This document shows, in pieces, positions 55,530 to 63,284 of a stretch of DNA of 63,284 nt. Made by a program: the position numbers and the translations under genes. The stretch is taken from contig MEQZ01000197.1 of NCBI GenBank assembly GCA_001770425.1, positions 1-63,284 of the forward strand, in the 5' to 3' direction. Positions within the stretch are counted from its first letter, which is position 1; every line of letters begins with the position of its first letter. The stretch is from Betaproteobacteria bacterium RIFCSPLOWO2_02_FULL_65_20 (GTDB lineage Bacteria; Pseudomonadota; Gammaproteobacteria; Burkholderiales; SG8-39). The notes under the pieces were generated by a model that was not told where the DNA came from, ran no database searches, and worked only from the letters and a program-made list of their open reading frames with translations.

Positions 55530-57089
55530 ATGAAGAAAATTCTCTCTGCAATCATCGTGGTTGCGCTGCTGGTTGCCGGCGGCGTCTACTTCTATCTGCG
55601 CCAGCAGCAGAGCGCCGCTCCCGGCTTCCGGCTCGCCAAGATCGAACGCGGCCTGATCACCGCGGTGGTCTCCTCCACGGGCACGCTGAACGCGGTAACC
55701 ACGGTTCAGGTCGGGTCACAGGTCTCGGGCCAGATCAAGGAGATATTGGCCGATTTCAACACCGAGGTAAAAAGCGGCCAGTTGATCGCGCGCATCGATC
55801 CGGAGCAGTTTGAATCGCGGGTGGCCCAGGTCAAGGCGGATTTCGAGGCGGCGCAAAGCGCGGTCGAGGTCGCGCGCAGCAACGTCCTCGCCGCAAGAGC
55901 GGACCGTGCGCGCACGCAGGCGACGCTCGCCGACGCGGCCCGCGACCTGGAACGCAAGACGTTGTTGGTGGAGAAGAACTTCATCTCCGCCTCGGAGCGG
56001 GACAAAGCCCAGACGGCATACGATGTCGCGCGTGAGCAGGTGCGCACTGCGGAGGCGCAGATCGCCGTCCAGGAGGCGCAGGTCCGCAACGCGCAATCGG
56101 TGGTCAAGCAGCGCGACGCGGCGCTCAGGCAGGCCACGATCGATCTGGATCGCACTTACATCCGCGCGCCGGTTGCCGGCACCGTCATCTCGCGCAACGT
56201 CGACGCCGGCCAGACTGTCGCCGCGAGCCTGCAGGCGCCGACGCTGTTCACCATCGCCCGGGACTTGTCGGCCATGCAGGTGGACACCTCGGTTGACGAG
56301 GCCGACGTCGGACGGCTCCGGGTCGGCCAGCAGGCGACTTTCACCGTGGACGCATTTCCGCGCCGCAATTTCAACGGCAGCATCACCCAGATCCGCAAAG
56401 CGCCGACGATAGTGCAGAACGTCGTCACCTACACGGTGGTGATCTCGGCGGACAACCCAGAGCGCGCCCTGCTGCCGGGAATGACGGCCAATGTGCGCAT
56501 CGTCGTCGACCAGCGAGAAAACGCGCTCAAGGTGCCCAATGCGGCGCTGCGCTTCCGTCCCGCCGGCAGCAGCGACACCGGGCGCGACGCGCGCGCACCG
56601 GAATCTGCCGCAAAGGATCGGGGCGCGCCAGGGGGACAAGGAGGACAGGCTTTCCGGCAGCGGGTCTTCTCCGAACTCAGTCTCGACGATGCGCAGAAAG
56701 CCCGAGTCGACCAGATCCTTGCCGAGTCGCGTACCAAGATGGGCGCACTCGCACAGATGCAGAACGAATCCGAACGCCGCAAGCATGCCGAGCGCATCCG
56801 CGCTGAGTCGCGGGCGCAGATCGCCTCCGCGCTCAAGCCGGAGCAGCACTCCGGGTTCGAGCGCATCGTCGCAGAACTCTTCGGAGGCCGCCCCAGCACC
56901 GGTCGGGTCTGGATTCTGGATGCCGACGGCAGGCCCAAGGCGGTGGAGGTCAGGCTCGGTCTGTCCGACGGCGGTTCGACGGAAGTCGCTTCCGCCGACC
57001 TCGCGGAAGGCCGGGAGGTCATTGTCGGCTTCGCGGAGACGGGCAAGGCCGCGCGGGTGCAGGGCGGCCCCCCGCGACTGCGATTCTGA
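55530..57089 (+). CDS. MacA-type periplasmic adaptor (HlyD/MFP family) with a large insertion
   Basis: N-terminal TM, lipoyl/hairpin/barrel order typical of MacA (VGSQVSGQI..., long Ala/Gln/Arg coiled hairpin, IRAPVAGTVI). 519 aa, against about 370-400 for typical MacA. Confidence 0.8.
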   Translation: MKKILSAIIVVALLVAGGVYFYLRQQQSAAPGFRLAKIERGLITAVVSSTGTLNAVTTVQVGSQVSGQIKEILADFNTEVKSGQLIARIDPEQFESRVAQVKADFEAAQSAVEVARSNVLAARADRARTQATLADAARDLERKTLLVEKNFISASERDKAQTAYDVAREQVRTAEAQIAVQEAQVRNAQSVVKQRDAALRQATIDLDRTYIRAPVAGTVISRNVDAGQTVAASLQAPTLFTIARDLSAMQVDTSVDEADVGRLRVGQQATFTVDAFPRRNFNGSITQIRKAPTIVQNVVTYTVVISADNPERALLPGMTANVRIVVDQRENALKVPNAALRFRPAGSSDTGRDARAPESAAKDRGAPGGQGGQAFRQRVFSELSLDDAQKARVDQILAESRTKMGALAQMQNESERRKHAERIRAESRAQIASALKPEQHSGFERIVAELFGGRPSTGRVWILDADGRPKAVEVRLGLSDGGSTEVASADLAEGREVIVGFAETGKAARVQGGPPRLRF

Positions 57090-57098
57090 AGACCCCGC

Positions 57099-57817
<719 letters not shown>

Positions 57818-57821
<4 letters not shown>

Positions 57822-59047
57822 ACCTCTGGCTCACCATGCGCGTGGCGCTGCGGGCGCTGGCAGCCAACCGGCTTCGCTCCGGTCTCACGATGCTCGGGAT
57901 CATCATCGGTGTCGGGGCGGTGATCACCATGATCGCAGTCGGCGCCGGCGCACAGGCGCGGGTCGAAGACCAGATCAAGGGGCTGGGCTCCAACCTCATC
58001 ATTATCATGTCCGGCTCGGTGACTTCGGGAGGGGCACGCATGGGCTCGGGCTCGAGTTTCACTATCTCCGAGGACGATGCGCAAGTGCTGATGCGCGAGA
58101 TTCCCGAGCTGATCAGCGCACCGGCGGTCCGCGGCGGCGTCCAGGTCGTGGCCGGAAACGCCAACTGGTCGACCGCCATGTTCGGCGTCACACCCGAATA
58201 CCCAGAGGTGCGGCAATGGGGTCTCTTATCCGGTCGCGGCTTCGACACCAACGACATGACCGGCGCCACCAAGGTCGCGGTGCTCGGACAGACCGTGGCG
58301 AAAGCGCTGTTCGGCGACACCGATCCGCTCGACCAGGTGATCCGCATCCGCAAGGTTCCGTTCACCGTCGTCGGCGTGCTCGAACGCAAGGGCCAGAGCC
58401 TGTTCGGCCAGGACCAGGACGATGTTGTCCTGGTGCCGCTCTCCAGCGCGAGAAAGCGCGTGCTGGGCGGGCTTCAGGCCAAGCAGCGCGCCGTGAACAC
58501 GATCTGGGTGAAAGTCCGGGAAGGCTACGACATGAAAGTGGCTGAAGGACAGATACGGGACCTACTGCGCCAGCGCCACCGGCTGCAACCGGGGCAGGAC
58601 GACGATTTCTATCTGCGCAATCTCTCGGAGGTCCTGCAGGCCCAAGAAGCCTCATCGAGGATCCTGACGCTGCTGCTCGCCGCGGTCGCCTCGGTGTCGC
58701 TGCTGGTGGGCGGCATCGGCATCATGAACATCATGCTGGTGTCGGTCACCGAGCGTACGCGGGAGATCGGCTTGCGGATGGCCGTAGGTGCGCGCGGCAA
58801 CGACATCCTCACCCAGTTCCTGGTCGAAGCAGTGACGCTCTCGCTGGTGGGCGGGTTCGTCGGCATTGTGCTGGGCGCGGGCGGGTCGCTCGCAATCGGT
58901 CATTTCGCCGGGTGGCGCACCGAACTGACGACTTCCTCGATCGTTCTGGCGACGGGCTTCGCAGCGGTCGTCGGCGTATTCTTCGGCTATTACCCGGCGC
59001 GCAAAGCCGCGCGACTGTCGCCCATCGAAGCGCTGCGCTACGAGTAG
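57818..59047 (+). CDS. MacB/FtsX-type ABC transporter permease
   Basis: MacB_PCD periplasmic domain between TM1 and TM2, C-terminal FtsX domain (GIGIMNIMLVSVTERTREIGLRMAVGA). The GTG start overlaps the ATPase stop. Confidence 0.9.
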
Positions 59048-59064
59048 CCCCAAGACCGGGCTGC

Positions 59065-59799
59065 CTATTTCCTCGCGACGAGGTACACGTCTTTTCCGAA
59101 AAAGCGCCGGCAAATCATGTCCGTCGCCCGGGATATCGGAAAAATAAAGCGATCAAAGATCACCAGGTGTGCTGTGTTCAGGCTGCCATCCTTGCTGCCG
59201 ACAAACCGGAACAGGAGCGCCAGCAGGAAACCGATCGAATCCACGTAACGCGCATGCTCCACCCGGAATCCCGATCGCGCGACGACATCCGCGAGACTTT
59301 CCTGCGTGTAGCGCCTCTTGTGCCCGATACGGTCGTCGAGGGCGGTCCAGATGCTTTCAAATGCCGGCACGAACAAGGCCAGCCTGCCGCCCTGACGCAT
59401 CTTCTGATGTATGGCCCGCAACGCGCCGAGGTCGTCATCCAGATGCTCCAGCACGTTCGACGAATAGGCGAAGGAGACCGCGCCGTCTTTCAGCGCATCG
59501 ACACTGGCCAGCACCTTGTATCCCTTCGCGCGCAGCTCCTCGGACTGCTCCGGATCGACCTCGATACATACGATCTCCCCCAAGTCCGACATCTGGTCGG
59601 CGAGCGTGCCGATGCCGGCCCCGAAATCGAGGATGACGCCGCCCCGGTACTCCCTGCGGAAAAGACGGCATAGGTAGCGATTGTAGTTTTTCAGCGCTTC
59701 AGTCTGCCGCAACTCCGGCTTGCCGGCATACCTCACGCCGCCTTGCGCCTGATCGGTGCTGCGCACGAGCTTCTCATCAGCTTTGGTCCTCGAGTTCAC
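59065..59799 (-). CDS. Class I SAM-dependent methyltransferase
   Basis: Motif I ILDFGAGIGTL, later SSNVLEHLDD and GGRLALFVP. GTG start. Confidence 0.8.
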   Translation of the reverse strand: MNSRTKADEKLVRSTDQAQGGVRYAGKPELRQTEALKNYNRYLCRLFRREYRGGVILDFGAGIGTLADQMSDLGEIVCIEVDPEQSEELRAKGYKVLASVDALKDGAVSFAYSSNVLEHLDDDLGALRAIHQKMRQGGRLALFVPAFESIWTALDDRIGHKRRYTQESLADVVARSGFRVEHARYVDSIGFLLALLFRFVGSKDGSLNTAHLVIFDRFIFPISRATDMICRRFFGKDVYLVARK

Positions 59800-59920
59800 T
59801 GGAATTCCCTACTGCACGTCCCTACAGCCCCATAGGATGCATCCATCGCGGGCGTACAGGTCTGGCACCGCACGCCGGCCTCGCCCATGAAGGGGCGTCG
59901 TGTTCAACACGATGCTCCCA

Positions 59921-61921
59921 TTATGAAATAAACGGATTCGCGTTCACGATGGCCGGTTCGCAGTGATGCGGCGGCGTGTCGGCCAGCCACTGCTCCAGCG
60001 AGCCGATATTGACGGCGCCAAAGCTCGAAAAGGGTCTCAGATATACGGCGTTTCCGTCGGTCATCAGTCTGTTGACAGAGTTGAAATAAAAGCGCTCCCA
60101 TCCCTTGCGACCCCGGACCGTCTGCCCTCCCGATGGAGAAAACAGACCGGGGCACGCTTTCTCTACCGCAGCGAAGACCCGGTCGACCCGTTTCGTTTCT
60201 GCATCGCCCTCCGCGACCAGATCCGCGGAACGGCCGGCCCGAACGCCGCAGACCAGCAATTGATTCCTTGGAATCCTTCCCGCCACTTCGGGCGCGCGAT
60301 TCTCCGCGGAAAAGACCCAGTTCTGGAAATGATGGAAGCGGATTTCGACCAGGTCGCAGCGCCTTTCCGGCTCGAGCTGAAGCTCGTACGTCGATAGCAC
60401 GGCGTTCACATCCGTCGCAATGTTTTCGGTCAGAACACCATTTTTCAAATGCGCTTCTCTGTAGTCGAATATGACCCTGGTGCGCCCGTTGAAGCGCTCC
60501 AGCAGCGACCGCAGCCGGCGGGGCATTCTCTCGCCGCCTGGCATGACGTATTGCCCGACGACGTTGGAAAACGACGAATCAGGATGAAAATACGGAATGA
60601 TTGCAGACCAGCTCTGCTGTCCCAGCACAATGAAAAGAAACGGAGATCGGCGCAGGGTTTCAGGAACGCGCACATCCAGCCATTTCGAATCCCAGTGCGC
60701 CGGCGTATAACGCAGGTTACCCGCGTAATAGAGTTGAACCCCCTGCGCGAGGCAGACCGCCGCGAGCACCAGCAGGCCCCGGCCGGCGGTGAACAGGCGC
60801 GCCGTCCATGCGGCGATCAGCGGCCCCGCAAGCAGCCACAGCGGCATCGCATAACGGCCTATCCTTGAAGACACCGCCCAGAGCACGAAGCAGGCGACGA
60901 AGAAAGCGGTTGCAAATCCAAGCCGGCGGGATGCATCTGGAGCGCTCGTCCCCAATGCGCGCCGCCGGCCCCTATGCCCGAACAGCAGCGAAACCGCCGC
61001 GAGGACCAATACGATCAACGGGCGGCTGTCCGGGGCCACGCCTTCCGAGTAGATCGTCGTCCGGTGCTCCAGCATCCGAAATGGAAGCATCAGAGAATCG
61101 GCGACATCCCCCTGAAGATACCTCAGGTCATGAAACATGGCCTGAGGGAAATCCTCGGACCGGAACAGGTTGTTGGCCATGGGGAACAGTGGATTGCCGA
61201 ATTCCCGCCAGAGGATGAAACTCCAATGGCCGTGCGCGAGCAGCCCTCCTGCCAGACCGCCGAGGACAAGGGCGCTCAGCGCGAACCCCCGCTTCCTGTC
61301 AACCATCGGCAGCAGTGCAAGCGTCGCTCCGACGGCAAACAGGCCGTTGGCCAGCTTCAGCCCGGTGGCCAGCCCGAGCAGGAGGCCGGCCGCCGCGAAC
61401 CGCCTCCTGTCCCAGTCATCCTTCGCATACTCGTCGAGCAGCAGCAGCAGACCCGCCAGCACCGGGATACTGGTAAGCGCCTCGGCGAAACTGCTGCCCA
61501 ACTCCGCAAGAAAAATCGGTGACGAGAGCGCCAGGAGCACACCGCAGAACAAATACCACCTGCGGGACGGCTGCGACGCCGGCAACAGCCGGTCGCCAAT
61601 CTTCCACGCCAGCAGCAGATTGAGGCTGTGAACGAAGCAGAGCACTCCGGCGATGACCAGACTGTGCCAGCCCGCCCTGACCATCAGATAAAGCGGTACG
61701 TGGATGAGCGGGTTCAGATAGCCCGCGAGACCGCCGCCGAAGTAATCCTTGTCGAAACGCCCTTCGAGCAGCAGTTGGGGGCCGTAAAGGTGGTAGTTGA
61801 TCAAGTCGAAGTTGAGATCCTTGCCCGAGGCGAAACACCAGAGGGCGGAGGCCAGCAGGAAGAACGCGCCTGCTGCCGCACCTACCGCCAGATCGGCCCT
61901 AGCCTTCTGCACTGCGGCCAT
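59921..61921 (-). CDS. Large polytopic membrane protein with GT-C glycosyltransferase architecture (GT87/DUF2029-like) and a soluble C-terminal domain of about 230 aa
   Basis: Acidic first-loop motif KDLNFDLINYHLY, roughly 10-11 hydrophobic segments over the first ~430 aa, then a hydrophilic domain. Starts 1 nt after the GT2 stop. Confidence 0.6.
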   Translation of the reverse strand: MAAVQKARADLAVGAAAGAFFLLASALWCFASGKDLNFDLINYHLYGPQLLLEGRFDKDYFGGGLAGYLNPLIHVPLYLMVRAGWHSLVIAGVLCFVHSLNLLLAWKIGDRLLPASQPSRRWYLFCGVLLALSSPIFLAELGSSFAEALTSIPVLAGLLLLLDEYAKDDWDRRRFAAAGLLLGLATGLKLANGLFAVGATLALLPMVDRKRGFALSALVLGGLAGGLLAHGHWSFILWREFGNPLFPMANNLFRSEDFPQAMFHDLRYLQGDVADSLMLPFRMLEHRTTIYSEGVAPDSRPLIVLVLAAVSLLFGHRGRRRALGTSAPDASRRLGFATAFFVACFVLWAVSSRIGRYAMPLWLLAGPLIAAWTARLFTAGRGLLVLAAVCLAQGVQLYYAGNLRYTPAHWDSKWLDVRVPETLRRSPFLFIVLGQQSWSAIIPYFHPDSSFSNVVGQYVMPGGERMPRRLRSLLERFNGRTRVIFDYREAHLKNGVLTENIATDVNAVLSTYELQLEPERRCDLVEIRFHHFQNWVFSAENRAPEVAGRIPRNQLLVCGVRAGRSADLVAEGDAETKRVDRVFAAVEKACPGLFSPSGGQTVRGRKGWERFYFNSVNRLMTDGNAVYLRPFSSFGAVNIGSLEQWLADTPPHHCEPAIVNANPFIS

Positions 61922-61922
61922 C

Positions 61923-62843
61923 CTAGCGCTCAGGGGTCTGCAAATAGAACAGCCGCTTGATTTCGCGCTGTCCGCGCTTGACCGACTCCAGGATTACCCC
62001 GCACGCGAAGCTGAGCAGCGCCGACAACATCACTCCGGTCGCCAATAGCGCCGTCGGCTGGCGCGGCACCAGCCCTGTATTCATGAACTCGATGATCACG
62101 GGCAGCGCCAGACCCACCGATACAGCCGCAAGAACGGTGGCTACGCCTGCGAAGAAGGCCAGCGGCTTTTCCTCCTTGTACAGAATCACAATCGTCCGGA
62201 GGATCCGGATGCCGTCCCGGAACGTGGAGAGCTTGCTTGCCGAGCCCGCCTGGCGGCTCCGGTATGGCGTATCCATTTCGGCCGTCGGCACGCCCAGGGA
62301 CAACGCGTGCACCGCGATCTCCGTCTCGATTTCGAACCCGGTGGACAGGACGGGGAAAGACTTCGCGAACCGGCGCGAGAATACCTTGTAGCCGGAGAGC
62401 ACGTCATCGAAACGCGAATCGAAGAGTCTGGAAACAAGACCGCTGAGGAATTGGTTGCCCCAACGATGCCCGAACCGGTAGCTGTCCGCGTGCGTCTCTA
62501 TCCGCCTTCCGTTGACCAGATCCAGCTTCTCCGACAGCATCTTCGCTATCATCGCAGGGGACGATGCGGGGTCGTACGTGTCGTCCCCGTCCACCATGAC
62601 ATAGATGTCCGCATCCAGGTCCGCCAGCATCCGCCGAACGACATGTCCCTTGCCCTGCCTGCCCTCTGGCCTCACCGTCGCCCCCGCTTCGCGGGCGCGA
62701 TCCGCTGTGCCGTCGCTCGAATTATTGTCGTAGACGTAGACCTCAGCGGCGGGAAGGGCCATCCGGAAACCGCTAACGACCGCGGCGACCGTGGCCGCTT
62801 CGTTACAGCAGGGGACTAGAACCGCGATTCGCGTTTCGGTCAT
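61923..62843 (-). CDS. GT2 polyprenyl-phosphate glycosyltransferase (GtrB / ArnC / Ppm1-like)
   Basis: IAVLVPCCNEA, YDNNSSDGT, MVDGDDTYD (DxD), and two C-terminal TM helices (LAFFAGVATVLAAVSVGLALPVII and ALLATGVMLSALLSFACGVIL). Confidence 0.85.
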   Translation of the reverse strand: MTETRIAVLVPCCNEAATVAAVVSGFRMALPAAEVYVYDNNSSDGTADRAREAGATVRPEGRQGKGHVVRRMLADLDADIYVMVDGDDTYDPASSPAMIAKMLSEKLDLVNGRRIETHADSYRFGHRWGNQFLSGLVSRLFDSRFDDVLSGYKVFSRRFAKSFPVLSTGFEIETEIAVHALSLGVPTAEMDTPYRSRQAGSASKLSTFRDGIRILRTIVILYKEEKPLAFFAGVATVLAAVSVGLALPVIIEFMNTGLVPRQPTALLATGVMLSALLSFACGVILESVKRGQREIKRLFYLQTPER

Positions 62844-62849
62844 GGTCCT

Positions 62850-63050
62850 TCACACCTTTGGTCGCTCACTGAAGACGGCATGCTTGGACATCAGGAAGTT
62901 GGAAACCAGTCCCTCTACGGCACCGACGGCCAGGGGCATGAGCAGGGTGCCGACTCCGAACACCGTCACGATACCCGAAAACGCCGCGGGGTTGATCGCC
63001 GAACCGATCCAGCGCATGGCCAGGAAAAGAAAGGGCATGCCCAAAGGCAT
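62850..63050 (-). CDS. Small 2-TM protein resembling the C-terminal half of GtrA (possibly truncated; start uncertain: 63050, 63038 or 63017)
   Basis: ...GVGTLLMPLAVGAVEGLVSNFLMSKHAVF ends like the GtrA family (NF..n..wVF). Coding-like GC3. The N-terminal part of track ORF 62850..63203 overlaps the pilin gene and is not credible. Confidence 0.4.
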   Translation of the reverse strand: MPLGMPFLFLAMRWIGSAINPAAFSGIVTVFGVGTLLMPLAVGAVEGLVSNFLMSKHAVFSERPKV

Positions 63051-63056
63051 GCCCTT
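63021..63056 (-). terminator. Rho-independent terminator 28 nt after the pilin stop codon
   Basis: Perfect 11-bp stem AAGGGCATGCC / GGCATGCCCTT (63056-63046 and 63041-63031) with a 4-nt loop, followed on the minus strand by TCTTTTCC. Confidence 0.7.
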
Positions 63057-63084
63057 CCCTGAAGCAAGGAACGCTAGGTCGTCA

Positions 63085-63284
63085 TCAGCCGCGGCAGGAG
63101 CCCGGCAGGTATTTCGACGGCATCGGGTTGCTCGCCCCCGGACCGCACTTCCACGCGAATATCGAGGTGCCCATATTCGTGGCGGCCATCGCAGTGGTCG
63201 CATCCTTGTACGGCGTCAGCTGTATGGTCTGCGCGTCGATGGCGGTATTGTTGAAGCCCGTCGCAACGACCGTGACCACACCGT
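63085..63284 (-). CDS. pilA: Type IV (T4a) major pilin, C-terminal part (5' end beyond the window)
   Basis: ...IQLTPYKDATTAMAATNMGTSIFAWKCGPGASNPMPSKYLPGSCRG: a W-x-C...KYLP..C-R C-terminal disulfide loop typical of PilA/PilE pilins. Confidence 0.8.
   Translation of the reverse strand, partial: GVVTVVATGFNNTAIDAQTIQLTPYKDATTAMAATNMGTSIFAWKCGPGASNPMPSKYLPGSCRG

Overview
High-GC chromosomal segment whose gene content and order look betaproteobacterial: an ilvIH-ilvC-psd-pssA-leuA block, lptFG divergent from pepA-holC-valS, a sigma/DUF3619/DUF3106/RDD module, and a PhaM-like protein. No homology search was run. All calls rest on motifs read in the supplied translations and on structure read directly in the DNA. 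I can support about 68 CDS, one tRNA-Pro(CGG), several sigma70-like promoters and several intrinsic terminators. I saw no CRISPR array, transposase, integrase or prophage. Most of the window is housekeeping: rho, rpmE, orn, rsgA, maeB, rplU-rpmA-obgE-proB, proS, pyrF, leuA, ilv genes, pepA, valS and moaC. The long antisense ORFs in the track are high-GC artefacts. Regions worth a second look: (1) at the right edge, a type IV pilin gene is followed by a strong terminator and then a tightly packed half-GtrA / GT2 / 666-aa GT-C membrane enzyme set plus a methyltransferase, a candidate Gtr-like pilin glycosylation route; (2) a rubrerythrin / CCG Fe-S protein / DUF3501 / CNP1-like cluster behind a near-consensus promoter; (3) an ECF sigma module whose sigma gene lacks a canonical start codon upstream of conserved region 2 and abuts an 11-codon uORF; (4) an AT-rich island at 16.4-18.0 kb with near-consensus promoters, a candidate small RNA or leader, an orphan ORF and a Lys/Ala-repeat H1-like protein; (5) a MacA-type adaptor with a roughly 115-aa insertion carrying LTxxQ-like motifs; (6) an exact out-of-frame 38-bp tandem duplication inside rho at the left edge, probably an assembly artefact.
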